The notes: generated by a model from the sequence alone, not told the origin. Shown: positions 49,931 through 62,541, counted from the first letter of the whole stretch. The stretch: 63,561 bases of DNA, filler included, from Basidiobolus ranarum (GCA_040143965.1; 40 parts of 40 records of this genome joined end to end with filler, not necessarily neighbours in it); one strand, 5' to 3'. A program made the numbers and translations.

Positions 49931-50505
49931 GATAGATGGCTGTTTACCCATGTAAATAGACCAACTACAAAGTATTTAATACAATATCCAACTCATCTAA
50001 TCTATTTGGTTTATATTGAGCAACTTTAAGTTGCTATATTCATCACTAGGTAGAGCTCATTATAGAGTGTTGGGCTAAGTACCACTGTAGATTTCTATAA
50101 TTCTCATTCTTATTTAGGGCCTATTATATTAGATTTGCTCAGGTTAGCTCCCACCATATATCATGGTGCTACAACATCAAATAACTGATTTTGAAACTGG
50201 ACTAATGTGTATCTCATTTCAACTTGTACCAGTAATTGGGTGGAAATATGAAATCCATATGTTGTTGCAACTTACATGTGGGATAGACTAACCCTAGCCC
50301 ATTGCTACCTAAACAACCAGCCAACACTGATAAAATATGCTAAATCACATTTACACAAACTCATTGTGATGCTATTAAAGGTATGGGCTGCCTCATAAGA
50401 TATTGTATTCTACTGGCACACTTTGCAGCAGTTTTTTGCCCAATGCACATATGATATTAAGACATTGTTGTGGTAATAAAGACAGATACTTAAGGATGAA
50501 GCACA

Positions 50506-50850
50506 GGTAGGGTGGTAGCATATGTAATTGCTAGACAATTGGAAGCTCAGAATCAAAGGGTAGCTTTTGTTGGACTAGTAAACCTTCCACCTCAAATATC
50601 CTAAAATTGGAATGAAGGGTTCTTGAATTTATCTTACTTCTTAGACCTTATCACTAAAGAAGAGGCCAAGAAGATTTCTTCTCAACTTCACATCTTGACC
50701 CATGCAGAACAAATCAGTTTGGTCTGGTCAAAGGCCTTGGAGATTGCTCAGATTCAACTAGAAAAATGGGTTAACATTGCAAAGTCTTTGCTCAAATGTG
50801 GTCTTCATTATGAATCTAGTGGCAATGTAGAGCAAGTATCAGTATTTAGG
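50506..50850 (+). pseudogene. Thioesterase domain fragment of an A-T-TE NRPS-like enzyme (atromentin/quinone-synthetase type)
   Basis: One frame: GRVVAYVIARQLEAQNQRVAFVGLVNLPPQIS*NWNEGFLNLSYFLDLITKEEA...EQISLVW...LEKWVNIAKSLLKCGLHYESSGNVEQVSVF, with a stop at 50602. Confidence 0.75.
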
Positions 50851-50978
50851 CCATATATTTTACACCATACCTCTAACTNNNNNNNNNNNNNNNNNNNNNN
50901 NNNNNNNNNNNNNNNNNNNNNNTTAATTAATTAANNNNNNNNNNNNNNNNNNNNNNNNNNNNNNNNNNNNNNNNNNNN

Positions 50979-51600
50979 GGCAAGGAACTTTTTCATATCC
51001 TTGGATAAATCACTGCTAGTGCATCCTTGTTCAAGACCCTGCAGGCTGAGTTTACAGTTGTTTTTGATTGGATACACCCTTTTTATTTGATCATTCTCAA
51101 AGGACACTGAAGCCAGTATATTCTTTTGTCAGGCACCAGCATATTATTCAACAGAAAGCTGGACATTACATTGTGGTTTATCAGTCCTTAGACATTTCTA
51201 GAGGCTTGATTCCCTTTCACAAAGACCCAAGAGGCAAGAGACAGACCTATATTACAGTACATCCCAGAGTTATTCAACCATGATTATTGCACCCTTTGGA
51301 CACCTCACAAAACCCTTAGGATATTGCAGTTATAGTTGCTGCTTACACCCTAAAACAACTACAATGTACTGCCATGTGACTGCAGTCATGGCCACTTGAA
51401 AGAGATGAAGCTTCTACTGTGGTTGAAGAGACAACAACTGTTGAACATGAACCACAAGGTAGATGACTTGCTCCAACACGTACTGCCATATGACTGCAGT
51501 CATGGCCAGTTAAAACAGATGAAGATTCCACTGTGGTTGCAGAAGCAATAACTATCAAGCACAAACCTCAAGTGAGACATTCTGGGTCAATGTGTAGAGC
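50979..51600 (+). mobile_element. LTR-like family G 3' part (ends ...CACCTCACA near 51308), followed by a 114-bp tandem duplication
   Basis: Shared with 32745-33070 and 48378-48417. Repeat starts at 51366 and 51480. Confidence 0.55.
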
Positions 51601-52564
51601 TGCGCTCCAGCAGCAATGGCTGATTGACCCATTAAGTGAAGGCTCCACATCTGAAGAAGAGACTGTATATACAAACAAATCGCAAACTAGACTGGACAAG
51701 CCAATGCATATCACAGCACATTGACCTCAAGCCACAACTCATGCGGGCCAAGGTAGAGGAACTTCCGCAGGATTGAACTGACCAACTCAGCGCAGAAGTT
51801 CAAGCAAAGTTCCTATTGTGGAAATATCAAGGAGACAACAAAAGTAACAGAAGCAAATCAGCTTGTACTGCTTCAAACCTAGGCAACTGCTGAATACTCT
51901 TGTTAATACTCACATTATCCTATCTTTACTGTTTAGTGCATCATGCAAAATCAATATGGATTGCGGTTAAATATAGCATAAATTGCTTTAGTTTGATCAC
52001 AATTGCCTTTGTGTTTATGAAATGCTGATAGCATGAAATTTTCATACATCAAAAAAATCAATGATAGCCTGATAATACAAGCAATTTCACTACAATCAAA
52101 TGAAAAATGTCTGTCAATAAAAAGCTTGCGCAGCCATATTGGCTCAATGTGGCTCAATCCATTCACATTTTCACCCAATTAGAAGCTTACATGATTGAAT
52201 GAATAATTTGCTGATCTAAAAATGATGAATCATGCAATCCTGATCATTACTATCATATTGCAGATTGATCCATCATCAAGTGCTGTAATTTGTCACTAGT
52301 GTGCCAAAACTACTGGTGTTTTGTAATGCAGGAGCTGTTGTGCTCATTTGAAAATCAGGATACTGTGTTAGTGAGGGACAAATGATTGGCCTAAAAACAT
52401 GTGAATGTCTTGGTTATACATTTGATTGGGTAAGTTACAGTATCAATGGTTTATTGTTACACATNNNNNNNNNNNNNNNNNNNNNNNNNNNNNNNNNNNN
52501 NNNNNNNNTTAATTAATTAANNNNNNNNNNNNNNNNNNNNNNNNNNNNNNNNNNNNNNNNNNNN

Positions 52565-54050
52565 TTAGATTTGATTTTAAGCAATTTTTTCAGTTTCAGG
52601 TGTGAAATTTCAAGTTCTGGCAAGATTGTTTCCCATGATTGGCTGCAATATCAGAGAACTATGGATCATCATATGTGCAAAAAACACAACTCAAATTTTA
52701 CACAATTCCCTCTTGAATGCTAATTTGTCACTTTCAAAATCCCTTGTCTCTTTGATATATTCCCCTAAATATTTTTATAGAGTCCTTCATACCCATGGTT
52801 TAGCTCATGCCCAACACAAGTTTGTATCAATATCTCCATCAAAGCCCACCATTGTACTAACATTGTTGAATCAACATTCTTCCAACTATCTGGCAGATAC
52901 TCTGCAATATTGTGCCACTCTGCATCAAGTTCTTCCCAGATATCTGCACAGTCTACAATGGACTGAATGTCAAGTTAATTGTGCTTGTTCTGAAGCCACT
53001 TTCTGCATACTTGCTCTCCATTTTTTCCTTCATACTTTTGAAAATAATACTCAAGCACTTTGACTATTCTTGTATGTCCTTGTAGTGTGACACTACTGAG
53101 GGTGCTTTGCAGTGCTTGTGTGGCTTTTTGCTTGCCTTTACCTTTGGGGCTAATTTCAACCCTTTGAAGAGTACAAGTTGAGGTTGGAGAGCCGTGAGTT
53201 TTATTTGCTGGTTTTTTGGCTTCTTGAGAGGTGCCAGGTGTTGGAAAAACTTCCAAATTTAGCACTCATCCAACTGGTGTATCTGGTTCCATGATGAAAT
53301 TAAGCTTTTTTGCCAGTTTATCTGACTCTGGAAATGCAGATCTTTGTAATGATGTGTAGAATTTGTAAGTAGGACAGTAGAGTCTAAACTCACTTGCTCC
53401 TTTGCTTTTTCCTTGAGTTTACTAACTCCCTGCTCCTTCAGTACTCCTTTAGCAGCTTTCTTTCTTTTCCAAGTCAATAATTGTGTACAATTTTGAGATG
53501 TTTCATGAATAGGCATATACTATCCCAATTGCCATTTGCTCACAAAAACCCAAGATAAGCAACATGAAGTAAGTCAAGAACCTTCCAAGTAACACCTGGT
53601 TTTTGGTTTTTCCACAATTGGCTCAAATCCAGGTGATTTTGGGCAAGATTCCACACAGCTTCCAAAATGTTAAACCACTCATCTTCAGAGCAGGTGACAG
53701 CAGCTCTGACACTCAGAGCCTTTTGGTTTGCCAGTTTGCCTATGAGATCTCTACTTTCATGTGCCCTAGAAATTTTGGGTTGCTGTGTAGGCCTAATGGT
53801 CCAACACATACTCTGCTCTGCTAGATTGTCACAGTGTTGTTCATATGTATGGTGTGGGATTGATTGAAATCACATATGAGAATGGATGGAGAGAGCAGCA
53901 TGTTGCTGTAGCTCAAGTACAGCATTCTGAAGGTCTTGCATCATTGTTGAGTGACTCTCTAACTGTTGACTAGTTGCTTCCAAACACTGCATTAATTGCA
54001 ATATTGTGGCATTATTGCTTGTCATGGCCTGTATAGCAACTTCATAGTTT
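52565..54050 (-). mobile_element. CACTA-associated ORF2, central and C-terminal parts, decayed
   Basis: Continues 28355-28627; contains LWKNQKP...YLGFL*ANGNWDSICLFMKHLK; shared with contigs at 21015 and 33120. Confidence 0.65.
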
Positions 54051-54150
54051 NNNNNNNNNNNNNNNNNNNNNNNNNNNNNNNNNNNNNNNNNNNNTTAATT
54101 AATTAANNNNNNNNNNNNNNNNNNNNNNNNNNNNNNNNNNNNNNNNNNNN

Positions 54151-55424
54151 TTTTGATCAGTGATGGTGCATCCTGACTTATCAAAGTAGAATTTTGGCCT
54201 TTCTGAAGTAGCCTTGCATACAGATATTAAATTCTTGGCAATATCTGGAACATGTTATACACTCTTAAAAGTATACACTTTCTCTTCAGAAGCTTGTTTT
54301 AAATTGACTTGAATTGTTCCCATTCCAATGGCATCTAATGTATGGTCATCTCCCATGAAAATCTTTCTTGGGATTTCTTCATGATCCACAAACCAATATC
54401 TTTCATTTGTGAAATATTGGGAGGCTCCAGAATTAGTATGCCATATCTGAGATTTCTTGTGGGTCATCATAGATAGAGCAGATATGAACAAGTGATCTTC
54501 TGTGGTAACCACAATTCTAGATTCAGTATGTTATTCTTCTTTTACAATTGTTTTAAAGCAATCTTTGCTTACATGGCCAGTTCTCTTACAGTAATTGCAG
54601 AAAGTGTCCTTTCTCTTCTTGAAGTGCTTTTGCTCTTTGTAGGAAGGTTGCTCATAGCCTATTTAAGCATTTTGATTATTCTTTTGTTTAGATCCTAATT
54701 TGCATAAGTTAAAGAATTGTCTTCTTAGAAACATCTTCTTGATGGCATAACATGCTTGGTGGCTGTTTTCCAAGGCTTTCCATACCTTCTTGGCAGTTTT
54801 AGCTTTTGAACATTGAATTAGCAATTTGTATTTAACATTAAGGCAAATTGTGTTAAAGGTACTTTGTTCTCTTTTAACCTGGAGTAAAACTTTGGTTTCA
54901 TATATCTTGCATTGTTTTCTTCTCCTACAGCAATGTCCAAAAGTTCTTTTTCTTGCTGGAGCATTTTCATTTTAATTTTGCAAACTTGATCATTGGTTCC
55001 ATGCACTGTTTCAGAAGAGGGAAAAGTTCCATATATTTGAGAAGTAGACATTACAGAGAGTGCAAGCTTGGGACTGATAACCTGTTAAAGTATTTGGGAG
55101 CCTGTTAGAAGTGGTTTGGAGAAATAGAGAAATTGGTTGCTTTTACTTACTAATTTATTGAGTAAAAAGCTGACATTTTTAGTTTTGTCAGGATATAAGC
55201 AAACTAAAGCTTAAAATATGTTAAGGAAGGTCCCAGGAACAAGTGTTTTGGGGCTTCTAGTACAAGTTTGAAAAATCTACATATCTGAGAACTGCTAAGT
55301 TGGTAAAAATATATCAAGTAAACTCTGATTGAGAACAATGTGTAATATCTTGATGAAATATAAGGTAACTTAGTACTAAGCCATATATTACTATGTAGGT
55401 GTTTAGTCAATGCTAATTTCAACA
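54151..55424 (-). mobile_element. Copia 5' LTR-B (55083-55424), PBS, internally deleted gag, protease
   Basis: Decayed PBS GGTTATCAGTCCC; WHTNSGASQY. Confidence 0.9.
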
Positions 55425-55736
55425 GCAACATCCCCTGAATTCTCCTTTACCAAGCCTAGAATTGTTATGAATAGACTTTGGCATCTAAGTTCACCAATGC
55501 TGTGAATGGGACATTTACATTCTTTGCATATCATATCAAAGTAGAGCTGCTGAGAGTAAGACTGCTACTTTTACACATAAATTAGTAGAAAGGCAGTGAT
55601 CAAGAAGTGGCACTACCTGCTTGAATTCTATCTGACNNNNNNNNNNNNNNNNNNNNNNNNNNNNNNNNNNNNNNNNNNNNTTAATTAATTAANNNNNNNN
55701 NNNNNNNNNNNNNNNNNNNNNNNNNNNNNNNNNNNN

Positions 55737-57222
55737 CTTCATAATCCACAAACCAATGATTTTCATTTGAGAAGTGTTGGGAGGCTCCAGAATCCATATC
55801 TCATGTCTGAGAATCCTTCTTGGTAGTCATGGATAGAGAAGATATGATCAAGTGATCTTCTGTTGTAATAACATTTCCAGATTCAGTATGATTTTCTTCC
55901 TTTATATTTCTTTTAAATTAATCCTTACTCAAATGGTCAGTTCTTTTATATTAATCATGAAAAATGTTACTTTTCTTGTTAAAGTGCTTTTGACCATTAG
56001 AGGAAGGCTTCCCAAAGCCTATTAAATCATTTTGTTCATTAGTTTGGTGGGGTCCTAATTTGAATAAATCTTCATCCAGAAGTCCACCAAATATATAGTT
56101 TAAGGTCAAATTTTCAGTTCTTGATTATAGAGCCATTAATAGGCTCTGAAACTCATGTGGCATGCTATTCAGGACTGTAACTATGATATCCTGGTCAGTA
56201 GTAGTTGCTCCAATGCACTCCATTTCATCCACTAAAATAGTGACTCTATTAATTAGTGATATAATGTCTTCTCCTGGCTTCATCTTTAAGTTAAAAATTG
56301 TCCTCTTAAAAATATCTTGTTGGCAGCAGAACATATTTGGTAGATGTCTCCCAAGGCTTTCTGTAACATCTTGATGGTTTTAGCTCTTGAACATTGAATT
56401 AGAAATTTGTCTTTACCATTTGGATAAATTATGTTAAAGGCACTTTATTCTTTTTTTACCTGGAGTAAAACTTTGATTTCACATAGTTTTACATTGTTTT
56501 CTTCTCCTTCAACTGTGTGCAAAGTTCTTTTTCTTGCAGCAGTATTTTCAGCTTTGTTGGAGGATCTTGACATAATGGGGGTAGATTTTGTATATTAGAA
56601 GCAACTTATGATGGTGTGTTTTAGTTAAATTATTCTTAAGAGTATACAGTGACTTATATAGTAGAAGAGTAAATCAATTGTTTGAGATATTCAGAAGTTT
56701 GTGTAATAAGATATAAAGATAAGTGTTGGTAATAAGACATACTTTTTGTATAGATATAGAGATATTCCAATTTAGAGTAAAGGGGCTATAGATATATTGC
56801 TTTCTGTTTCTGATATATGTATTGTAACAAAAGTTAACTAAGATGTTGAATAAAGATTAATTATACAATAATTTTAATTTTCCAGACTTGATAATTGGTT
56901 CCATCCAATTTTTCAGAAGAGTGAGAAGTTCAAGAAGTTTGAGAAGTAGATATTACAGAGAGTGCAAGCTTGGGGCTCCTAACCCGTTAAAGTATTTGGG
57001 AGCCTGTCAGAAGTGGTTTGGAGAATTAGAGAAATTGGTGGTTTTCACTTATTGAGTTATTGAGTAGAAGGTTGACATTAATGGTTTTGTAAGGATGTAA
57101 ACAAACCAACATGTAAAATGTGTCAAGGAAGGTCCCAGAAACATGTGTACAAGGTTTGGAGCTTCTAGTACAAGTTTGAAAAATCTATATATCTGAGAAC
57201 TTCTAAGTTGGTAAAAATACTG
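55737..57222 (-). mobile_element. Copia 5' end (LTR-B from about 56985, PBS, gag, protease) with solo LTR-F at 56555-56870
   Basis: PBS GGTTAGGAGCCC; gag IFNLKMKPGEDI; DSGASQHF. Confidence 0.9.
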
Positions 57223-57322
57223 NNNNNNNNNNNNNNNNNNNNNNNNNNNNNNNNNNNNNNNNNNNNTTAATTAATTAANNNNNNNNNNNNNNNNNNNNNN
57301 NNNNNNNNNNNNNNNNNNNNNN

Positions 57323-57542
57323 TTCAACGTTGGGTTCTTGTTTGTCCTAATACATGTAATAATAGAATGACGAAAGAGTGGTTAGGTACGATGATAGAGC
57401 TCAATATGTTTGTTAATCTTACCTGTGCTCTTCTGGATAGGATCTTCACTTGGAAAGTACCACGTGCTAACAACGCTTGGACGATCAGGCTACCAAAGCT
57501 GCCATTACCGCCTGCGACTGCAATTACTTTGAAATCAGACAT
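57323..57542 (-). CDS. NmrA-like/isoflavone-reductase-family NAD(P)-binding protein, first exons
   Basis: KVIAVAGGNGSFGSLIVQALL...VKILSR Rossmann start; intron 57422-57347 (GTAAG...TAG); TATA-like element near 57605. Confidence 0.85.
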
Positions 57543-58030
57543 TGATACTTGTATGAAGATGGATTGTTTACTATTTACTAATCAACAAAGCCGAATACCT
57601 CCATTTTATATAAAACCATGAAGATTGCTAGTCTATTCGATGAATCAGCAATTACTAATGTACCTGCAATCGTATGATTATGGAAAGTACATTTTCGAAG
57701 TTTAGATCAAACCTTATTCGCGTTTAATGATCTTTTCGAACTCAATTCAATGTAGTGTAATGCCAATCTTTTTGAGAAATTAAAGTGATCGTTGATGGGA
57801 TAACTACAAATTGAATTAACGGGATAACCGGTGGGCGGGATCGGCGGGATAACTAAATCGAGGTGGAGAAACAATCTGTGATTCAAAGGGTGACTGATGC
57901 CTTGGGACTTCCAGATATATCGAGAACTTGAGCGGGGTTTGGATATTCGGAATAATCTAATGCCACACAAAATTTTAAGTTGGTATCAAATGTGTTTAGG
58001 TTCGAATTTCGAAAATATTCCTATGCAAAA

Positions 58031-58102
58031 TGGCCCGGGTGAAGTCGAATCCACAACTTTCTCTTCCGGCGGGAGACACTCTTTCTACTGAGCTACAGGG
58101 CC
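58031..58102 (-). tRNA. tRNA-Arg(CCG)-like gene, probably a pseudogene
   Basis: GGCCCTG TAGCTCAG...GAGT G TCTCC CGCCGGA AGAGA...GTGGATTCGACTTCAC CCGGGCC A, then TTTT. Acceptor stem 6/7 paired, anticodon stem 4/5 paired. Confidence 0.7.
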
Positions 58103-58113
58103 CGCTCTGTGTT

Positions 58114-58807
58114 TGTTACGAAATTGGATTATTGGACAAAAAGCGATGGCAATTTCGGAGACAACATAATGTCTCAATCAGCTCAATATATTGCACACAT
58201 ATAGTGCATAAGCAAACCTCAACCAAGTTTCATGTTCACACCTTTCCCACATGCCTCGCAATCACCGAGGCTCAATAAACATATTGTGACTGGCTCCTGA
58301 GATGAGTGCAATTTTGGGACTTGATTCACTGATAAATTGATTGATTGACTTTATTTCGCTTGTGCTATTTTTATAGAGTTGATCAGGGGAAACCCGGATT
58401 TGGGAGTGTGATAAATTCGAAACTGGTAAACAAAGGTGACAACTCATTTCCGATGTTTTGTAACTTCTGTTTGCGATGTCAGCTCGTTTCATAATTTGAA
58501 TCTATAGTAGCATAAAAGTATTTTATTTCGATTGCGTTATTTGCACAGGGGTGATCAGGGAAATGCGAGCGGCATTCCTGGCTGATTTAGGAGTGTTTAA
58601 AATTCGTAACTTGTGTGTAAGAACGTTAACATTCTACTAGTAAATACGTATTTACAGTGATAAGCATTAAGCATGCATTGAAGAAGATTAATGACGAACG
58701 AAAAATGATAGTGTTTATTATTATAAGTTTGCAAAAAATCCGTATTTTGCTTAGTTTTTGTCATTTGGTGAGTGATTTTCGACCAAGAATTCACTGAGTG
58801 TACTGAA
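58114..58807. mobile_element. Two LTR-H pieces: U3 end on plus (58114 to about 58270) and an inverted copy from its U5 end (58285 onward)
   Basis: TGTTACGAAATTGG matches the reverse complement of 45797 downward. TGTGACTGGCTCCTGAG matches 45313 onward. Confidence 0.8.
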
Positions 58808-58907
58808 NNNNNNNNNNNNNNNNNNNNNNNNNNNNNNNNNNNNNNNNNNNNTTAATTAATTAANNNNNNNNNNNNNNNNNNNNNNNNNNNNNNNNNNNNN
58901 NNNNNNN

Positions 58908-60392
58908 GACTATTTAGTTGAGGAAGAGTGTTGAAATTAGCATTGCCTAAGCACCTATATAGTCATATGTAGTTCAGTACTTAGTTATCTTATAATTCAC
59001 TAAGATATTATCAATTATTCTCAATCAGAATTTACTTACAATATTTTTACCAACTTAGAAGTTCTCAGATATATAAATTTTTCAAACTTGTGCTAGAAGC
59101 CCCAAACTTTGCACACATGTTCCTGGGACCTTCCTTAACATATTTTACATGTTAGTTTGTTTACATCTTGACAATACTATAAGTGTCAACTTTTGACTCA
59201 ATATATCAATAAGTGAGAACCACCAATTCCTCTAATTCTCCAAACCACTTCCAACAGGCTCCCAAATACTTTAACAGTCTTCACTTATTGATTTAGTGAG
59301 TAGAAAGTTGAAAATTATAGTTCTGTCAAGATGTAAACAAACTAACATGTAGAATGTGTTAAGAAAGGTCCTAGGAACATATGTGCAAAGTCTGGAGCTT
59401 CAGGTTCAAGTTTGAAAGATCTATATATCAGGGAGCTTTTAAGTTGGTAAAAATAAACCAAGTTTCAATTGAGAATAATGAGTAATATGTTGGTGAGATA
59501 TAAGATAACTAAGTACTGAGCTATATATTACTATATAGATGCTTAGGCAATGCTAATTTCAACACTCTCCCTCAACTATATAGTCATATAAATTAGTCCT
59601 AAGGAGGGTGTAAGTTTCTCAAATTTCTGTCTAGCTAATAGTTTGTTTAATATATCAGCAATCATATCTTCTGTAGAACAATAAGTTAAGTCAATAAACT
59701 TATTCTCTATTGTCTCTCTAATGTAGTGATGTTCAATATCTATTTGTTTGCTTTTATTAAGAAATATAGCATATCTAGCTAGTTTGATACAGCTATGAAT
59801 ATCTTGAAATATTTTAGTTGGCAAGTTTTGAGAATGGTCTAATTTAGATAAGAGTTTTCTCAACCGTATTGCTTCTGTTTTTGCCTCACAGGTAGCCATG
59901 TATTCCACTTCTGTTGTTGAATGTGCTATGATAGGTTATTTCTTCAATTTCCAAGAAGTAGCTCCTGTTAAAGTATTTAGGAACATGTTGGAAGTGGTTT
60001 GGAGAATTAGAGGAATTGGTGGTTTTCACTTAATGATTTATTGAGTAGAGAGTTGACATTTAAAGTTTTTCAAGATGTAAACAAACTAACGTGTAGAATA
60101 TGTTATGGAAGGTCCCAGGAACATGTGTGCAAAGTTTGGGGATTCTAGCACAAGTTTGAAAAATTTATATATCTGAGAACTTCTAAGTTGGTAAAAATAT
60201 TCTAAGTAAATTCTGATTGAGAATAATTGGTAATATCTTAGTGAATTATAAGATAACTAAGTACTGAACTACATATGACTATATAGGTGTTTAGGCAATG
60301 CTAATTTCAACACTCTTCCTCAACTAAATAGTCATAGAAGCTAATCCTAATAAAGGTCTAAATTTCTCAAATTTCTGTCTAAGCTAATAAAA
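58908..60392. mobile_element. Three copia 3' ends: LTR-B plus 58929-59276; LTR-B minus about 59280-59564 with RNase H 59576-59965; LTR-B minus 59966-60312
   Basis: Each LTR is preceded by a PPT (GAGGAAGAG or GAGGGAGAG); DMIADILNK motif. Confidence 0.92.
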
Positions 60393-60492
60393 NNNNNNNN
60401 NNNNNNNNNNNNNNNNNNNNNNNNNNNNNNNNNNNNTTAATTAATTAANNNNNNNNNNNNNNNNNNNNNNNNNNNNNNNNNNNNNNNNNNNN

Positions 60493-61403
60493 TTTTCACC
60501 TTTGTACTCGTCTGTAGGCTTGTTATCTCCCTTTGGCTTGTACTCCTCCTTACTCTTCTCGTTAGGCGCGTAGTCATCGGGCTGGCTTGGCTGATTTGGT
60601 TGCTGGTAAGCCCCAAGTGCTGGCTCAACATAGTCAGCTGGCTTACCATTGTGTGCTGGTGGCTGATAATCCGAGCCGAGATCAGGATGACTGGGCTGCT
60701 CGGGAGTGCTATGGTCGGGAGTGTAATCGGTGCCATGTTGGTCCCCATGTCCATATTTCTGAGGGGGAGTCGTGTTCTCAGGGTACTCGCCAGGGTTCTC
60801 TGAGGTTGAGGGCTTCGATGGAACGTAATCTTCTTTTACACCCTTGCCATGATCACCATCCACGGGAGTATATCCAGGTTGGTGATAGTCATCCTTAGCT
60901 GGTTGGGTCTCAGGGTAGTCATCTTTCTTAGGTTGAGACTCAGGGTAGTCGTCTTTCTTTGGGCGAGCCCCGGAGTAATCTTCTCCCTTTGGGTGAGCTT
61001 TGGAATAGTCATCCTTCTTGGGGTGATCTTCGGGGTAGTTATCTGGCATGGGTTGGATCTCAGGGTAGTCTTCGTTGTTAGGGTGAGTATTGGAGTAACC
61101 ACCGTTCTCGGGTTGAGCTTCATGGTAGTCATCCTTTTTACCATGGGCTTCGGGGTAGTCATTTTGCTTTGGATGAGATTCAGGGTGGTCATCCTTCTTC
61201 CCATTCTCCTCAGGGTAGACTTCATTCGAGGGATTCTTTGAGGAGTGTGGAGAACTGTATGGTCCTGGATTCCTATGACTACTGTACACAGGATCCTGGT
61301 AAGGGTCTTGGTATGGGGTGATGTTGGAGTCCTTTGGGATGTACATGATGCTTGCGGAGCAAGATGCAACTAGCAAAAGGGATCCAAGTGAGATGATTTT
61401 CAT
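60493..61403 (-). CDS. Secreted P/D/Y/K-rich protein with 10-aa repeats, 3' truncated
   Basis: Signal-peptide-like MKIISLGSLLLVASCSA, about 300 open codons, about 11 units of the (P/G)KKDDYPExH/Q type. Confidence 0.85.
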
Positions 61404-62077
61404 TTTTAGTATGATTCAATTCCGATTATTTAGAATGTCAAGTTGATGAATGCCTAGACAACTCAGCCAGCGCTTTTATTCTCATAAATTTCCACATTTC
61501 AAGTGTATCGCAACGAAAAGAAATTTCCTATGCACCTCCTTAATTAGCTTTGACAAGCAGTCGCTCAGCTGTACTCAATTTAATCAATTATTTTATTTAT
61601 TCTTTACAACCATGTTCGACCTGCTTAGTATACAGTAGGGGGCTTTGATTCCGGAAGATATTGAAATGCCTCAAGTGTATGTCAACACTTGCATTAGAGA
61701 TAGCACCTACTTTTAGTATATTATGCAGAAATCCACTTTTGTGGAGAGAGCCTGATCAGCTTGATTTATACTTCACTAGTAAAATACATAACCTAGCCCA
61801 TAATTGTCCATCATATTAGTCGAATAATATTACAACCAAGCATACGGTTTTCATTATAACCAGTGGCTTGTTTAAGAAAGTAGACAAACATTTTAAAGAG
61901 CAACATGGATATAGAGATAGACAGAGGCTGGAGCACCAATATACAACCACATTCCACTTGTCTAATAATCATACCGANNNNNNNNNNNNNNNNNNNNNNN
62001 NNNNNNNNNNNNNNNNNNNNNTTAATTAATTAANNNNNNNNNNNNNNNNNNNNNNNNNNNNNNNNNNNNNNNNNNNN

Positions 62078-62541
62078 TTGATTGCTTTTGGGCGTGTTAA
62101 TTCTGACAGGAAATGTGTCAAGAATACTTCTGATATCAACTCTAATGGCAAATACTCCTGGAAATGGAAGGAAATTAGAGTCTCCCAATCTTTTGTTGCA
62201 GGCCCCTTTGATATCATTCATCACTGAAGATAGATAATTGTCACTTACTTGAAGCCTGGTATGGAAGCTTCTTCCACTTTTGCTACCATTAAAAGTGCAC
62301 TGAATTCAGTTTAGAGAATAGTTTTTGTAGTACAAAACAAATTGACTAGCTGCTTTCTGGTAGGTATTGGAGTATGTGAGCCACAATATTTCTCAAATAT
62401 AGCTTCTCGGGTGGTCATAGGAAAGCCAGTAGTTGCTTTTGGATTAATGAGGAATGACCGTTTAGAGTAGATGGAGAGCATGCTGTTATTCTTGTATTGA
62501 GTTGGCACAATACTGATATATCTAAGAATTTCCATTATCAT
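62078..62541 (-). mobile_element. Second copy of the ISL2EU/Harbinger-like transposase
   Basis: ATTGFP...ILDTFPVRINTPKSNQ; upstream DNA 62545-62820 also matches 37340-37620. Confidence 0.65.

Larger units (their letters stand above)
1501..62077. other. 39 artificial contig linkers (44 N + TTAATTAATTAA + 44 N); span runs from first to last linker
   Basis: Identical 100-bp spacer about every 1.59 kb. The 12-mer has stops in all six frames. Contig lengths fall steadily. Confidence 0.99.

Noticed and set aside
51760-51800. Third tRNA-like B box (GCAGGATTGAACTG)
   Set aside because: No A box or cloverleaf at the required spacing.
60437-61369. Additional ORFs overlapping the secreted repeat protein
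   Set aside because: Shadow frames of a repetitive CDS.
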